From Eledone cirrhosa (Eukaryota): 64,000 nucleotides of DNA. The stretch is taken from positions 158,782,001 through 158,846,000 of the forward strand of contig OZ024743.1 of assembly GCA_964016885.1 (NCBI GenBank), written 5' to 3'. Below are positions 18,012 to 31,340 of the stretch, in pieces (the first letter of the stretch is position 1; the number at the start of each line of letters is the position of its first letter). Below the pieces are notes generated by a model, which saw nothing but the letters and a program-made list of their open reading frames with translations, was not told the DNA's origin and made no database searches. The position numbers and the translations under genes are program-made.

Positions 18012-19310
18012 ATATATAGTTCTAAACGATGTTTACAAGAACTAAATAAATTCATTCGTACATTAATAGAGTTCTTACATTTAAGTATGAAGAAAATTTC
18101 CTCAACACACAGTTTGCAAAATCTAGATAAAGCTGTGTTTTTGTAGGCAGGTTCTTTTGAAATTATTTCTCAAGTTAAAGAATAGTCCATATTTTTGGAT
18201 TTTAAGTTCCATATCAGGTTTGATAGAGAAGTTGAAGATTTTTTATCAAGTTTTCGGAAAGAGCATTTGTGATTATTCCAACGAGTTTTAAAGTCTGTAG
18301 AAGTTGAACCTACATAGTTAAATATATTATCACTGGTTTTGACTGTGCATTTATATACCACGTCCTTATCTAAGCACTTCTCTTTTAAAGGGCAGTTTGA
18401 TTTAATTCTACAATTACATTTAGCGGAGTTGATGTTATTCGGAACGGTACTATTATGTTGGATATATATATACTATTATGCTAGAAATATTACTGCTATT
18501 TTGGTTATGATTTAAATTTCTATTATTGATTCTATTTATATTTTGTGCTATGTTCATAGTAGCAGAGTAAGATAGTTTTATTGTATGTCTGTTAAAGATT
18601 GAGTGGTATCTATGGGCTTTAGGAAAACATTTATCTAGTGCTTTAAAGAATAGTTTAGCTAAAGGTGTTTTAACGCTTAATGAAAATGGAGGTGAATACC
18701 AAATTATATTTGTAGTTCTATTTCTTCTGTTAGTTTTAGAGTTTAAGTTAGGTTTTTTATTGTAATTATAATTAATAGTAGGGTTATTTTCCTTATCACT
18801 GTTGTCGATGTATTTAATCTTATTTACATAGCCTGCTCTATTTAAAGCTTCATTATAATATTCTGCCTTATCGTCAAAAATGTTTTTATTAGCAGAGATT
18901 CGTGAAATACGTTGTTGGATAGAATTTACAATAGTGTTCTTAATATATCTAGGATGATTAGAGTTGAAGCTAACATAGTTTAGATTCTCATTAATTTTAT
19001 GGAATGGATAGTAGAGCTCTGTGTTAAGGTTTAATGTTACGTCTAAAAAGTTAACAATTTTATAGTTATTCTCTATTTCTAACTTAAGATTGTAGCTATT
19101 GAAAAATTGTATTATTGATTTTCTTTTTCTATTAATTTCACAATTACTATGCTTTTCAATTAAAAGAAGCATATCATCACGATATAAACCACCGGTCATC
19201 TCTGGTATTTTTCTATGTAGTGTATTATTAATAAATAGCCCCAACAGATCCGTTATTTGCGCCGAGTCTGATGTCCCCATGGTGATATCAAAATAATTTT
19301 TTCTATCAGC

Positions 19311-19315
<5 letters not shown>
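18012..19315 (-). mobile_element. Naiad-like Penelope element, 5'-truncated (RT C-half + GIY-YIG)
   Basis: FDITMGTSDSAQI, GLYRDD, NFLDVTLNL, SNHP, IIWYSPPFS, FNRHTIKLSYS, CNCRIKSNCPL..CL..VVYKC..YVGST..FKTRWNNH, CKLC..EE..CKHR; 5' side abuts (TA)n 19316-19353. Confidence 0.85.
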
Positions 19316-19354
<39 letters not shown>

Positions 19355-19358
<4 letters not shown>

Positions 19359-20524
19359 GAAGGAAGTGTGGTAAGGAACCAGGTGAGCCATAACGCACCA
19401 GAGTACTCAATACTTAGGGTAGTAGAGTGGGTAATAGGCAAATGTTCAAGATCCCGACGGCAGCGCTCTAGCCGTTTCGACGGCTATTTCTGGACTAAAT
19501 TAGATTTTTAGCGTGGTAATAAATAGACTAACTTTTCAAGGGGTAATTCCATATATGGGAATATTTTAGTTGTCAAAAAGATTGGTCAACATTTCTTGTA
19601 AACACAATTAAATCTTTCATGGCGGTGGGTGGGAGGTGGGGGTGGCTGAACCTGCCTGTAGAACAACGAGGGATTGGGTGGAGCCGGTCAAGCGTTGAAA
19701 GTGAATTCTATACAGCAAATTCTAAGGAGTGTGGAAGAAATGAGGCTAGCTAGAAAGCAGGCGAAAAAAGAATTTTGGAGGGATTTGAGAATGGGTAGCT
19801 ATAAAATTAAAAAGTTAATAAATTGAAAGAAAAAAAAAAATAAATAAATAAAAGAATAATAATATTAAAAAATTAAATAATAAAAAATAAATAAACAGCT
19901 GCTATATTTTTAAATGGTATTGCGTTTTTGGCCAATGCTATATATAATTTACTTGGGTGGGTACTGGGGCTACAAAAGCGCGATGCGCTGCCTCAGGGTA
20001 AGCGAAAGAGGAAAAAAGGAAAAGGAAGAGGAGAGGGGGTGGAAGGATGTGAGAAGAAGAGATAAGGGAAAAAAGAAAGAAGTACATCTACCTATGTATG
20101 GTGGCATTTCCCCTATCTTGTTCGGCAAGTGGGGAAAAGAAGGTTGTTACAGCCATTGTCTACCCACCCGGGTTATGAGGGGCTTTGAGGGCGAGGTAAG
20201 TCTTACGCAATCGGTGTTTGCATGCCGTTACAAGTTCGTCTTTTTTGTTTAGGAGTTGGTCCTTCGTAAACAGCATTTGTATTGTTTCCTCCGAGCATAA
20301 GTTACCTCTTGTAACTTTAAGACCCGGCTCTACCAACACCGATATACGTTCAGAAACCCATCCCGGTGACATGCCACTACACTTTCGGGCCACATCTGGG
20401 ACCTCCAATATAATAACACCACATACCATCTTACTTGGAGCTTACTTTCCAGGGCTAACTCCTATACGGGAGGACGCCGTCCGTGTAACTGATGCTCGGA
20501 GGAAACAATACAAATGGTGTTTAT
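19355..20524 (-). mobile_element. 3' fragment of a second Naiad-like PLE with an inverted 5' piece
   Basis: Minus 20305-20160 gives [31 protein letters not shown]; plus 20316-20524 gives FKTRLYQHRYTF..TTLSGHIWDL..YHLTWSLLSRA..PCN*CSEE; assignment of 19355-20160 as its 3'UTR is inferred. Confidence 0.7.
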
Positions 20525-20649
20525 ACCATTTCTGATGGTAGGAGAGAGTGGTGAATGGGATGGGTGGAGGTCATTGGTTGATTTAAAGAAAAGGGAAATC
20601 TTATATATGTATATATATATATGTACATATATGTATATATGTGTATATA

Positions 20650-20787
<138 letters not shown>

Positions 20788-21322
20788 AAAGTCAGTTTTT
20801 TTTTACAAAATGAAAATAAACCGAGGTGTCCTACACGAGTGAAAGTATAAGGAAAAAAGATGAAATCGAAAATGCAACTGGAGTCATTTAAAAAAAAAAA
20901 AAAATTTATTTGGTTCCTTTACTTCGCAATTCTTCTGCTTTTCAAAAGTATAATTGAGATGAAGGGTTTGTGGTTTTTATCACATCTGGTTGGTCTTTGA
21001 ATGTTACTTGTTTTATATGGGAAAAAGTGGCTCAAAATGCTAGGTTTTTAGCGAAGTAATTTGATTTGTTGGTGAATTTTTTTATATAAGTAATAATCCT
21101 TATATATACTATATACTTCATAATACTTATATTATAGCTTTAACACAAATTTTATTATAATATTTTATTACTATTTTTTCATTATAATTATTTTATTATA
21201 ATATTCTTTTGTTCTTGCTCTTTGATATATTGCAATTAACATTTATAATTAGTCTCCTCACATATAAAGTATCCTGTTGAATGTTCTAATGATTAGGAAT
21301 ATATTTGTTTTAACCTTTTATA

Positions 21323-21369
21323 TGCTCCGATGATACCAGACCTATATCTGGATGAAACGATCGTAAGCA
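21323..21369 (+). ncRNA. Minimal type I hammerhead ribozyme-like motif
   Basis: Stem I TGCT/AGCA, core CCGATGA (U4C variant), stem II CCAGA/TCTGG, GAAAC-GATC-GTA with palindromic loop III as in PLE-associated minimal hammerheads. Confidence 0.6.
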
Positions 21370-21544
21370 ATTAAATGCCTTAAACACAATTTGATTGTTA
21401 TTTATCTTGTATTTCTGCTTTGTAGTATATCCGATATTTTACATTGAGCTACTTATCTTACTGGTAATCGGGTAATATACAATATTACCCTTTTCTTATT
21501 TATATTTATATATAAGTATAGCTATATATATATACATACGTTAT

Positions 21545-22075
<531 letters not shown>

Positions 22076-23600
22076 CAAAGGTAGAGACTAGGCTTTGACT
22101 ACAGCCCCAGATATATATGTATTCTAACAGAGACTTAAAAATACTGACGAATTTGGTGACATAATAGTGAATTTTCAATTCTCCTTGGTCATCAGAAACA
22201 TATCTGCCTATGGTTGGATGGTCATATTTGGAAGTATGGCCATTTAAATATAACTTATTCGTTACGTGAGTGATGTTTTTCTAATAAATGATTGTGCACA
22301 CACATACATCTATATGTATGAGTATATAACTATTATGAGTACATAACTATAATCGCGCAAACACAAACTTATAAAAATACACTCTCACAGACATAATTCA
22401 CACAAATACACATCCTTTCACACAAACATACATACTTCACACAAATATACATACATTCACACATATACTTTCACACAAACATACATACATTCACACATAT
22501 ACATTTACACAAACACACACATACAGTCATGATAGCGTTCGGTTTGGTTGGAGATGGGAGGGTATACTTTCACACAAATATACATACATTCACACATACT
22601 TTCACACAAACATACATACACTCACACATACTTTCACACAAACATAGATTCATACATACATTCACGCATATACATTTACACAAACATACATACATTCATA
22701 CATATACATTTACAAACACACGCATACAGTCATGATAGCGTTCGGTTTAATTGGAAATGGGAGGGTAAAACAAGTATAACGTTTTATTTATGTATTAACT
22801 CTTTTTTTTTAAACTCATCTAAACTATAATAAAGTAAGGAGCGCGGGACTTCTTTAAAATTTCTGAAATGTCAACACTTCCGGTGGCGATCACTTAAATA
22901 AACATACTAATTTTCTCCTAATGCAGTTTATATATAAGATCGTCTTTTTTAATGTATTATGGATTACGTTACTGATTACATAAGACAGTGTAACGTAGTC
23001 TTCACTCAATTTCTATGTATATATATTGTCAATTACGATTTTATTTGATGTATCATATCTATATGTATATATACCTGTGTATAATATCAATATACTCACT
23101 ACACATGCCTGCAGAAAACCACCCGTATATATATATATATACATCTGTATATATATATATATATATATGTCACCATTCATGTTTGTCATTCTGCTAGTTA
23201 GCCATAATAAAGAATGTTTAAACTACAATTCGGGGTTGAGTACATATTATCACGTCCGTCAACATCACACGTATAAATGTACGTAGATAGCAAGCAACAG
23301 TCATATAGACAGACAGGCAGGCAGGCAGAGCGACAGACAGGCAGATAGATAGACAGTTAGGTATATGTGTATAATTGCATAAACATATAAGTTTGTATCA
23401 TCTAATTAGTGTCGCTATTACTCCTACCCTCTCTTTCTCTCCTTCCTTCTTTCTAGCCGCTACACTCCTCTTCATATTTTCACGCCACAAGTTTTTGAAA
23501 GCACAGACAGATCTCTTCTATAACAGATTTATACATATAATCTAATCTAAGCTAACCCTCCCGCCTTTCTCTCTCACTCTCGTTATATATATACGAAAAG

Positions 23601-23784
23601 GGCGGTGAATTGGCAGTATTGGTAGAGGGTCGGACGCCATGCTTTCCAGCGTAGTTACGTCCCTTTACGATCTAAGTTCAAATCCCGCCGAGGTTAACTT
23701 TGCCTTTCAACCTTACGGGGTCGATAAAATAAAGTACCAGTAATACACTGGGTAATTGCTGGCCTTGTGCCAAAAGTAGAAACA
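23601..23784 (+). mobile_element. Full-length tRNA-derived SINE with 19-bp target-site duplication
   Basis: A box TGGCAGTATTGG 23611-23622, B box GTTCAAATCC 23676-23685, central GCCTTTCAWCCTTACGGGGTCGATAAAATAAAGTACCAG (Meta-domain-like, from memory); TSD GTTATATATATACGAAAAG at 23582-23600 and 23785-23803. Confidence 0.9.
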
Positions 23785-23840
23785 GTTATATATATACGAA
23801 AAGCAAACGGAAAACAACAAAGAACGCAATACAGTGCAAT

Positions 23841-23901
<61 letters not shown>

Positions 23902-23986
23902 GAAAAATTGAACAGGGACAGAACAGAGAGGCAGTACGATAAATGTTTATTAAATTCACACTCAGGAGAGTGGGGGGTAGGTGGGG

Positions 23987-24018
23987 GACGACGTTTCGGG
24001 CATAAGCCCTTCTTCAGG
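23987..24018 (-). ncRNA. Hammerhead-like core near the end of a probable PLE 3'/pLTR fragment (about 23900-24690)
   Basis: Reverse complement CCTGAAGA-A-GGGC-TTAT-GCCC-GAAAC-GTC-GTC; stem I not evident. Confidence 0.5.
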
Positions 24019-24771
24019 TGAGAAGTGTGTGGGAACAGAGTTCAAAAGGTGTGTAGGGGAGTGGTGGAGAGACATATAGCGAAAGGAAACGGTGCGAATG
24101 AAAAATTAACAAATAAAGACAAAAAATATAATAAATAAAAATAAAGCATGATCAAAATAAACTGAAATTAAAAGGGGGGTAAACAGGTGGTGGAAGGGTG
24201 TGGGGTGAGTAGGGGTGGTGGTGGGTGGAGTGGGGAGAGGGAGACGGGGTGTCCGAGCGGGGAGGGCTGAAGGTGGTGTGTGTGTGGTTAGGTGTGCGTG
24301 TGTGTGTGTGTGTGTGTATGTGAAAGTGAGGGTTGGGGGAAGAACGGGGTTGCATGTTCAGGAAGGTGTGTGTGGGGGGTGTTTTTGTGGGTCGGAGTGT
24401 CTGTGCGTGTGTGGATAGGGGGGTGGGGGGAGAGGAATCAGGAGGCTGAGGGTGTAAATATGTGGTGGGAAGCACGTGTGTGTGGTTTAAGCGTGTTGTG
24501 GGTGTGGGTGGCGTGTGGATAAAACAATTTTTTTGTTGGGGTGTATGTGTGGGTGAGTTATATAGGTGATGGTGTAAGAGGATGGTTGAAAAGTTGGTAA
24601 GTTACACCGATGTTTGGAGATTTTGTTTAGAAGTCAAATTCGCGTGTGGGTAATCCAAGAAGCGGTGGTCGGAAGAGGAGAGATATATATATATATCCAT
24701 TGCACTGTATTGAATATATTTGATCACATGAATGTCTATATTTATTAATATTTTGAATTAATATATATATA

Positions 24772-26560
24772 TTTCGTTTCTGAATTTGTTTAGCAAGATT
24801 CTTTATCTGAAATCGTGTGTTGAAACCGATATTGTTATACTTTGGGAGGGTCATGTTGCCAATAAGAAACACACGCACCAGTTGCTTTCACTTCAATTTA
24901 TTATAATAAATTTATAATAAATTTATAATAAATTTATAAATTTATAAATTTCTGGTTGGTTGGTTAGTTCCACAGCCAGATAGTTGTTTATATTGTCATA
25001 GTTCTTTCGTCACACATCTGTGACCTCTTCAGTGACTGGGGATTCCTTTCTTTGTTTCTGTGCCTCTCCTTTCTTCTGTCCTACGCCATTTTGTTTCTGT
25101 GTGTGTGTTGTGTGCTCAGTCTGCTCATGCGCCACATCCGGGTGTCTGTGTGTGTTTATGTTCATTTATTTATTTGTTTATTTACATGTTACTGGTTGGT
25201 TGTTTGTTCTATGTGTGTGTGTGTTTTCATTTTGTCCTTAATTGTAAGTTGTGATGTTGCTGTTCCATTCATGTTTTCTATTTAATTTTGTTTGTAATTC
25301 TTTTATGTTTATGGCCTCTGTAATTTGTCTATACATTGCGTCTTTTCTGTGTGTAGATTCTATTTTTATTTCTATGTTCTCTAATTTACCCTTGTGTTCT
25401 ATTTTAGCATGTTGGTAGAGTACAGATGATTCTTTACTATCTTGAAGGTCTCGCCAGTGTTCATTTATCCGTTCCCCTACACTACGAGCTGTCTCACCTA
25501 TGTACACTATATTTTTCTCTCTACATTGTCCTTCAGTACATCTTATGCTATACACTATATTTCTAGTTTTACAGTTAATATGGGGGCTTATCTTACAGGT
25601 TATACATTTCTTATCTATACATGAGGGTCTTTGAAAAGGGTATGTCTTGCTAATAAGTGTTTTTACGGAGGTACCTGGTCTTTCTACTATCTTAATATTG
25701 AGTTTATGTTTATTTAGGGCCCTTCTAAATTTGTAAGCTAATTCACCTCTAGGGGTTGTATCGATGAACATTACACTCTGGTATTTATTGCTATCATACC
25801 ATGAGTTTATTCTATTAGCCATGTTCCTAGTTCTTTCTATTCTATTCCAAAATTTGCTCCTATACAAGGGGCAGGTCCCATTTATGTCATTATTTACCAT
25901 TTTTTCCCATTTGGTTCTGGCTCCTCTATACACTCTGATTTTATCTCTCTGATTGTAGCCAGAGAACTGCATACGGCGGATGAAGTGTTGTATGTGTCTC
26001 TCTAGTTCTTTGGGGTTGCACATGCGGGACACGTTTCTCATCACCCGTACCAAATCCGCAATCAGTATGTTGATTTTGGTATGGTCCGAAACGGCCGAGT
26101 TTCGGTGGATCAGATGTTTGGAAGTCATGGGTTTGGCATAATGGGAATGGAGGATTTGTTTTTTGTTATTAATGGTATCTAACCAGAGCTCTGTGTCTAG
26201 TACAGGTAATCGATGGTTGGGGTGTTTACTTGGGTTGTCTATAGTAACTCTAATGCTCTGGTGGATGGAGTTAGCTATTTGCTGGATGCTTTCCATTGTG
26301 TTTTTCTCTAGTTCCTGACTGTTCTCTAGTGGGGGTGTCTTAACTACGATGTTTATATCATCAGCGTAGCGGGAGTACATTATCAGGGTTAAGGGGTCTT
26401 CTAATTGTTCTTTAAGTTTAAGTTTAAGTCTACTGTCCCACCATACCATGAATAAGTTAGCTATGTCGCCTGCAATGCTAACACCAATGGCTAGTCCTTC
26501 CTCTTGGGCATATGTTTTTCCATTAAATTTGAACATATGTTCCTTAAGGGTTAGTTTTAT
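24772..26560 (-). mobile_element. PLE family A copy 2 (RT C-half + GIY-YIG), open to its natural stop
   Basis: ORF 25238-26671: GLAIGVSIAGDIANLFM, YSRYADDI, RMQFSGY, YIGETARS..ERINEH..KLNRKHEW; same 3'UTR as A1. Confidence 0.92.
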
Positions 26561-26730
26561 GCAACACTTTTGTGAAACACTTTTCCAGCTCCGTTTTGCA
26601 TTCCATAGGGTTAATCTTTTTGTAGATGGCAAATTTTGGTGGTAACCGTAGGATTTGTTGTTCTTGTTCACTGATTAAAGTGTTCCCATAGATATTTACT
26701 GTGTGGTCATTGGTAAATTCTTGCAAAGGT
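26561..26730 (-). mobile_element. PLE N-terminal domain fragment at the inversion junction
   Basis: EQEQQILRLPPKFAIYKKINPMECKTELEKCFTK, the LxLxPKF region near PLE N-termini; not contiguous with the RT region it is joined to. Confidence 0.65.
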
Positions 26731-29700
26731 AAACAACAACAACAATAATAACGGTAGTAGTAATATAAACAATAACTCTGGGTATAGAAATAACAGCCAT
26801 AACCATAACAATGGCAGGAAAGTGAGAAATAGTGATAATGGTAATAATACTAGCGATAGACGGAACAACAACAACCACAATAATAATAATAATAGAAACG
26901 TTAACCACAGACACAGCAACAGTGACCACAGTAGTAATAACGGTAACAATACGAACAACAATAACAATAACCACAGTGGTAATAATGGAAATAGTACATG
27001 TAGCAACATCAACAAAAACAAGAAACATAATAATAGTAACAACCACAATGGTAGAAATAACAGTAACAACAACAACAACAACGGTGAAGTAAACAACAAT
27101 ACATCTAGCAATCATAACAATAATAATAAGGCTAATGATAGAAACAACAACAACCACCCAACAACAGTAGCAACACACACAACTATGACGATAGATATAA
27201 TGACAACACCTTAGAGAAACTATTTTTCAACCCAGCTGACAAAACATATAAGATGGGTAATATCTATCCTACGAGGTTATCCTTTAATAAAAGAGTTTGC
27301 ATACCACAGCAAATAGATGACGAGACGGAGGCACAGTTCACCATAGCTAGAAATAAGATTAGACAAGTAGTAGACAGGTATACTAAGAGACAGAGCAGAC
27401 CAGAGGCCCAACAACTTGGGAGGAAACCTGTAGAAGGCTTGGTTAGCCTCAAGCAGCGCACAAGGGATGGTGAGGTAGTGTGTCTACCCACAGATAAGTC
27501 TGGTAGGATGTCAATAGATAGCATGCCGAACTACATCGAGGCTATGCAACCCCACATCACCAACACGAGCGAAGTTGCACAACAAACACACGATGGGAGA
27601 GAAAAAATCCTCAACGCTCACATGATGATGTGGACTGACATCCTAAAGCCAAGCAGACGCACTGCCAACAACTTCCAGGCGTCTAACAATGGCATACCAC
27701 CCTTGTATGGGCTCCGCAAAGACCACAAGACAGTCGACGACCCGACAACAGGACCACCAACAAGACCCGTATGCGGAGCTAATATAACTAGCAACTACAG
27801 GATCTCCTACTTCCTCTCAATGGTTATACGCCCCATAATCAAGATGTCCCCAGATGTATGTGAAAGTACAGAGGACCTCCTCAGCAGAATCAGTGAGTGC
27901 AACAAAAACAGGAGCCTATCCAACTGCATAATAGGCAGCATGGATGTGGTGTCACTGTGCCCATCCATTAACATTGATTTTGCTGTGAAAAGATGTGTGG
28001 AGATGATCATTGAGAGTGAAGTGGTGTTCTGCGACGTCGACACAGACGAACTGGGCCTCCTACTTAGACTTACCTACGACACTGACTACCTAGATAGCCA
28101 TGAACTTAGACGTTTCTGCCCTAGTAGACCTATAAGAGGTAGACCCCCACCATAACCTCAATGGCAAAAAGACTCCCATGGGAAGGTGGATTGGGTGGAC
28201 CAAAGCTATACGGACCCCCCCAAAACACTGATCAGGTAAGAAAAATGGTCGCACATGCAATAGGGGCTAGTATCAAAACTACCCTAAAGGGCCACATATT
28301 TAAGTTCAATGAGAAAATCTACACTCAAAATGAGGGAGCAGCCATCGGCGTCAGCATAGCTGGTGATGTTGCCAACCTTTTCATGGTATGGTGGGAAAGG
28401 AGACTTAAAGATCTCCTTAATGAAAGCTCCATAGACCTCATCATGTACTCTCGTTATGTAGACGATATCAATATAGTTATAAGAACACCCCCACTAGAGA
28501 GCACTAACAAGTTTGATTTAGAACGTAGCACGATGGAAAGCATCCAGCAGATAGCTAATTCCATACACCAGAGTATAACTGTAACTATCGACTTCCCTTC
28601 CAAACACCCTAACAATAGACTACCTGTATTAGACACAGAACTCTGGATTAACACTATAGACGAGAGAGCCCAAATTCTCCACTCACACTATGCTAAACCC
28701 ATGGCTTCCAAATACCTGATACTCAAAAACTCAGCAATGTCCAGTAGTGCTAAGTTTAATATTCTGATCGCAGATTTGGTACGAGTGATGAAGAATGTGT
28801 CCAGCATGTGCGACCCAACAGAAATGGAAAGACACATCCAACACTTCATCAACCGCATGCAGTTCTCTGGCTACAACCAAAGAGACAGAGTCAGAGTATA
28901 CGAAGGAGCCATGGAAAAGTATAAGACCCTCATAGAACTGGACATGAAAGGAATTTGCCCATTATACAGGAGCAAATCATGGAATAGCTTAGATAGGGCT
29001 AGACATAAGATAGGGAAGGCCACATCATGGTACGACAACCAGAGATATCAGAGTGTCATGTTTGTGGATGATGCCACCCCTGGAGGGAAATTAGCTAACC
29101 AGTGTAGAAAGGCCCTGAGAAAGACCCACTTAAAAATAAAAGTGGTAGAAAAGCCAGGAACCACCATAAAATCCCTGATCAGCAAAACCTACCCTTTTAA
29201 GAAAATCCACTGTACCAATAGGAAATGTATCATATGTAAGGTGAACCCCCGGATAAACTGTAAAACTAGAAACGTAGTCTATAGCATAAGATGTACAGAG
29301 GGTACTTGCAGAAACATGACAACAACATACATAGGTGAGACAGCTCGTAGCATAGGTGAAAGGATAGACCAACACTGGGGGGAACTAAAAGGACGAAAAA
29401 ACGGGTCAGTACTATACGAACATGCTAGACAACAACATGACGGTAACATAGACAACATAGAAATTAGAATAATATCTAAACATAGGAATGACCCAGCAGA
29501 TAGGCAAATCAGAGAGGCCAGTGAAATAGAAATTAGAAGACCAAAGCTAAACAGAAAGAATGAGTGGAACAACAACAACACCCAAACAAACAACACTGAC
29601 CTAAGAGAAGTATAAATAAGTAAATAAAATAAAATAAAATAAAATAAGATAAATAAATACATACACAAGCACAATAACAACAAGCACATAAACACACACT

Positions 29701-30135
29701 AGTCACCCAGCAGACACAACACTATACACACTAGTCACACAGCACACATAACACTATACACACACGCAAACGCATGCGCAAAGAAGACAAAATAAAATAA
29801 ACAAACAAGCAAATAAATAAATAAATATATAGACAGACTGAATAAAAAATGGCGTAGACATACAACACAACAGGAGGAAAAAATATAACACCACTGACGA
29901 TGTTGCAGATGTGCAACGAAAGATTTATGTAAATTATGTAAACTACATATATGTGTTTGTGTCTATATTGTATCTGTATCATTTTTGACCGTCGGTCAGT
30001 CAATGGCAACATTGAGGACCGAGTAAGTTAGATCGCAGATATAAAAGACAGCGAGAAGCGAAAACTAACCAAACAGTGAGTGTGTTCTGTTATTAATTCT
30101 GGCAATATTACGCAAATATGACCCTCCCCAAGTAT

Positions 30136-30140
<5 letters not shown>
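26731..30140 (+). mobile_element. PLE family B (relative of A), near-complete RT + GIY-YIG, disrupted
   Basis: Asn-rich linker, ORFs 27253-28155 and 28161-29615 (PTDKSGR, LYGLRKDHK, GSMDVVSL, YSRYVDDI, CTNRKCIIC, YIGETARS); ends ATGACCCTCCCCAAGTATAACAA-(TA)n. Confidence 0.92.
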
Positions 30141-30192
<52 letters not shown>

Positions 30193-30269
30193 TTTAACAC
30201 TTGATATAGTAAGAAAAGAGTTTTACCGTTTTAGACGCTAGAAGATAGAATGAGAAACAAAAGAAGAAA

Positions 30270-30305
<36 letters not shown>

Positions 30306-31184
30306 AGAGTGTGAGAAGAGGAAGAAACAAAAACAAACATTTTTTGGAGAAAGAATGCATGAGTGTTCAGACATCCATTTTATTATATATATTTATTAAA
30401 ATAACCGACAGCTAAGCATATGTTTTCATTGGTACTCAGAGTTTTATGATGCTCTGCGATTAATCATAGCAGATTGAATATATATTTGAAATGTATTAAG
30501 TTGTATAAGAATTGATCTCATAGCACGCAGAATCATAAAAGTGTGTGAACTATTGAAATGAGTCGACCACGGACAAATATCTTCTCTCAAAAAAATGTTT
30601 CATATAGATGAGAATAGAATCTTCTGATACATATAAACACTTTTTATATCTGTTGTCAAGATCAGATGTCATATCTCCATAGATCAATGTCACTATCTGC
30701 TAAAAAGTTTTGCATAATAACTCCTCTTGATATGAATATAAATTATGAATAATCGTTTCTTTTTAAAATATCAAAATTAAGCAAAAATATATTCTTTCAA
30801 ACACTTTGTTCTGGCTGCCGAAAAACAAAACAAAAATGCAACTTAACAATACTTCTAATATAATGTTTAAACCAAAACCAAATTACTCACTGTACACACG
30901 AGTGTAGTGATTTGTTTTTTAAATGTATAGAATCAGTAAAGATTCTTAGATGGGGAACATGTGTGTGTATATATTTTGTGTGTGTATGTGTGTGTGTCTG
31001 TGTATGTGTGTCTGATCACCGTTTGCAAAGCTTGTTCTCCAACACCTTTTATCTTTAACAGAGGTGAGATCAAGCGAAGGCCAAGATTGACATCTTGTGG
31101 TGGTGGTGGACTCTGGGCGTTGACGAAGTCTAACTGAGTAGTTTGTTCCAGTGGACATTCGAAAGGGAGCCTATGGATAACATA

Positions 31185-31340
31185 ACGGGATTTTTAGTTC
31201 AAATCCCAGTGAAGTCAAATTTGACTTTCATCCTTCCAAAGGCGATAAATTGAAATACGAGTCAGATACTGGGTTGATATGTCTGACTTTCAGCTCCATC
31301 CAAATAGCTGGTCATGTGTCAACATTAGAAATCAATTTTG
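31185..31340 (+). mobile_element. Old degenerate SINE relic
   Basis: B box GTTCAAATCC, GACTTTCATCCTTCC..GATAAA core, tail GCTGGTCATGTGTCAACATTAGAAATC. Confidence 0.6.

Noticed and set aside
18170-18172. In-frame TGA in the Naiad-like endonuclease as possible selenocysteine
   Set aside because: It falls at a Trp position (YSLT*EII versus YHLTWSLL in the second element), so a TGG-to-TGA mutation is simpler; no SECIS identified
20485-20495. TGA in CN*C of the inverted Naiad piece as selenocysteine
   Set aside because: The duplicate arm has TTA (Leu) at this codon
24150-24525. G-rich tract with Pro/His-rich antisense ORF and G-quadruplex potential
   Set aside because: Low-complexity (GT/G)n part of a repeat fragment; no coding signature
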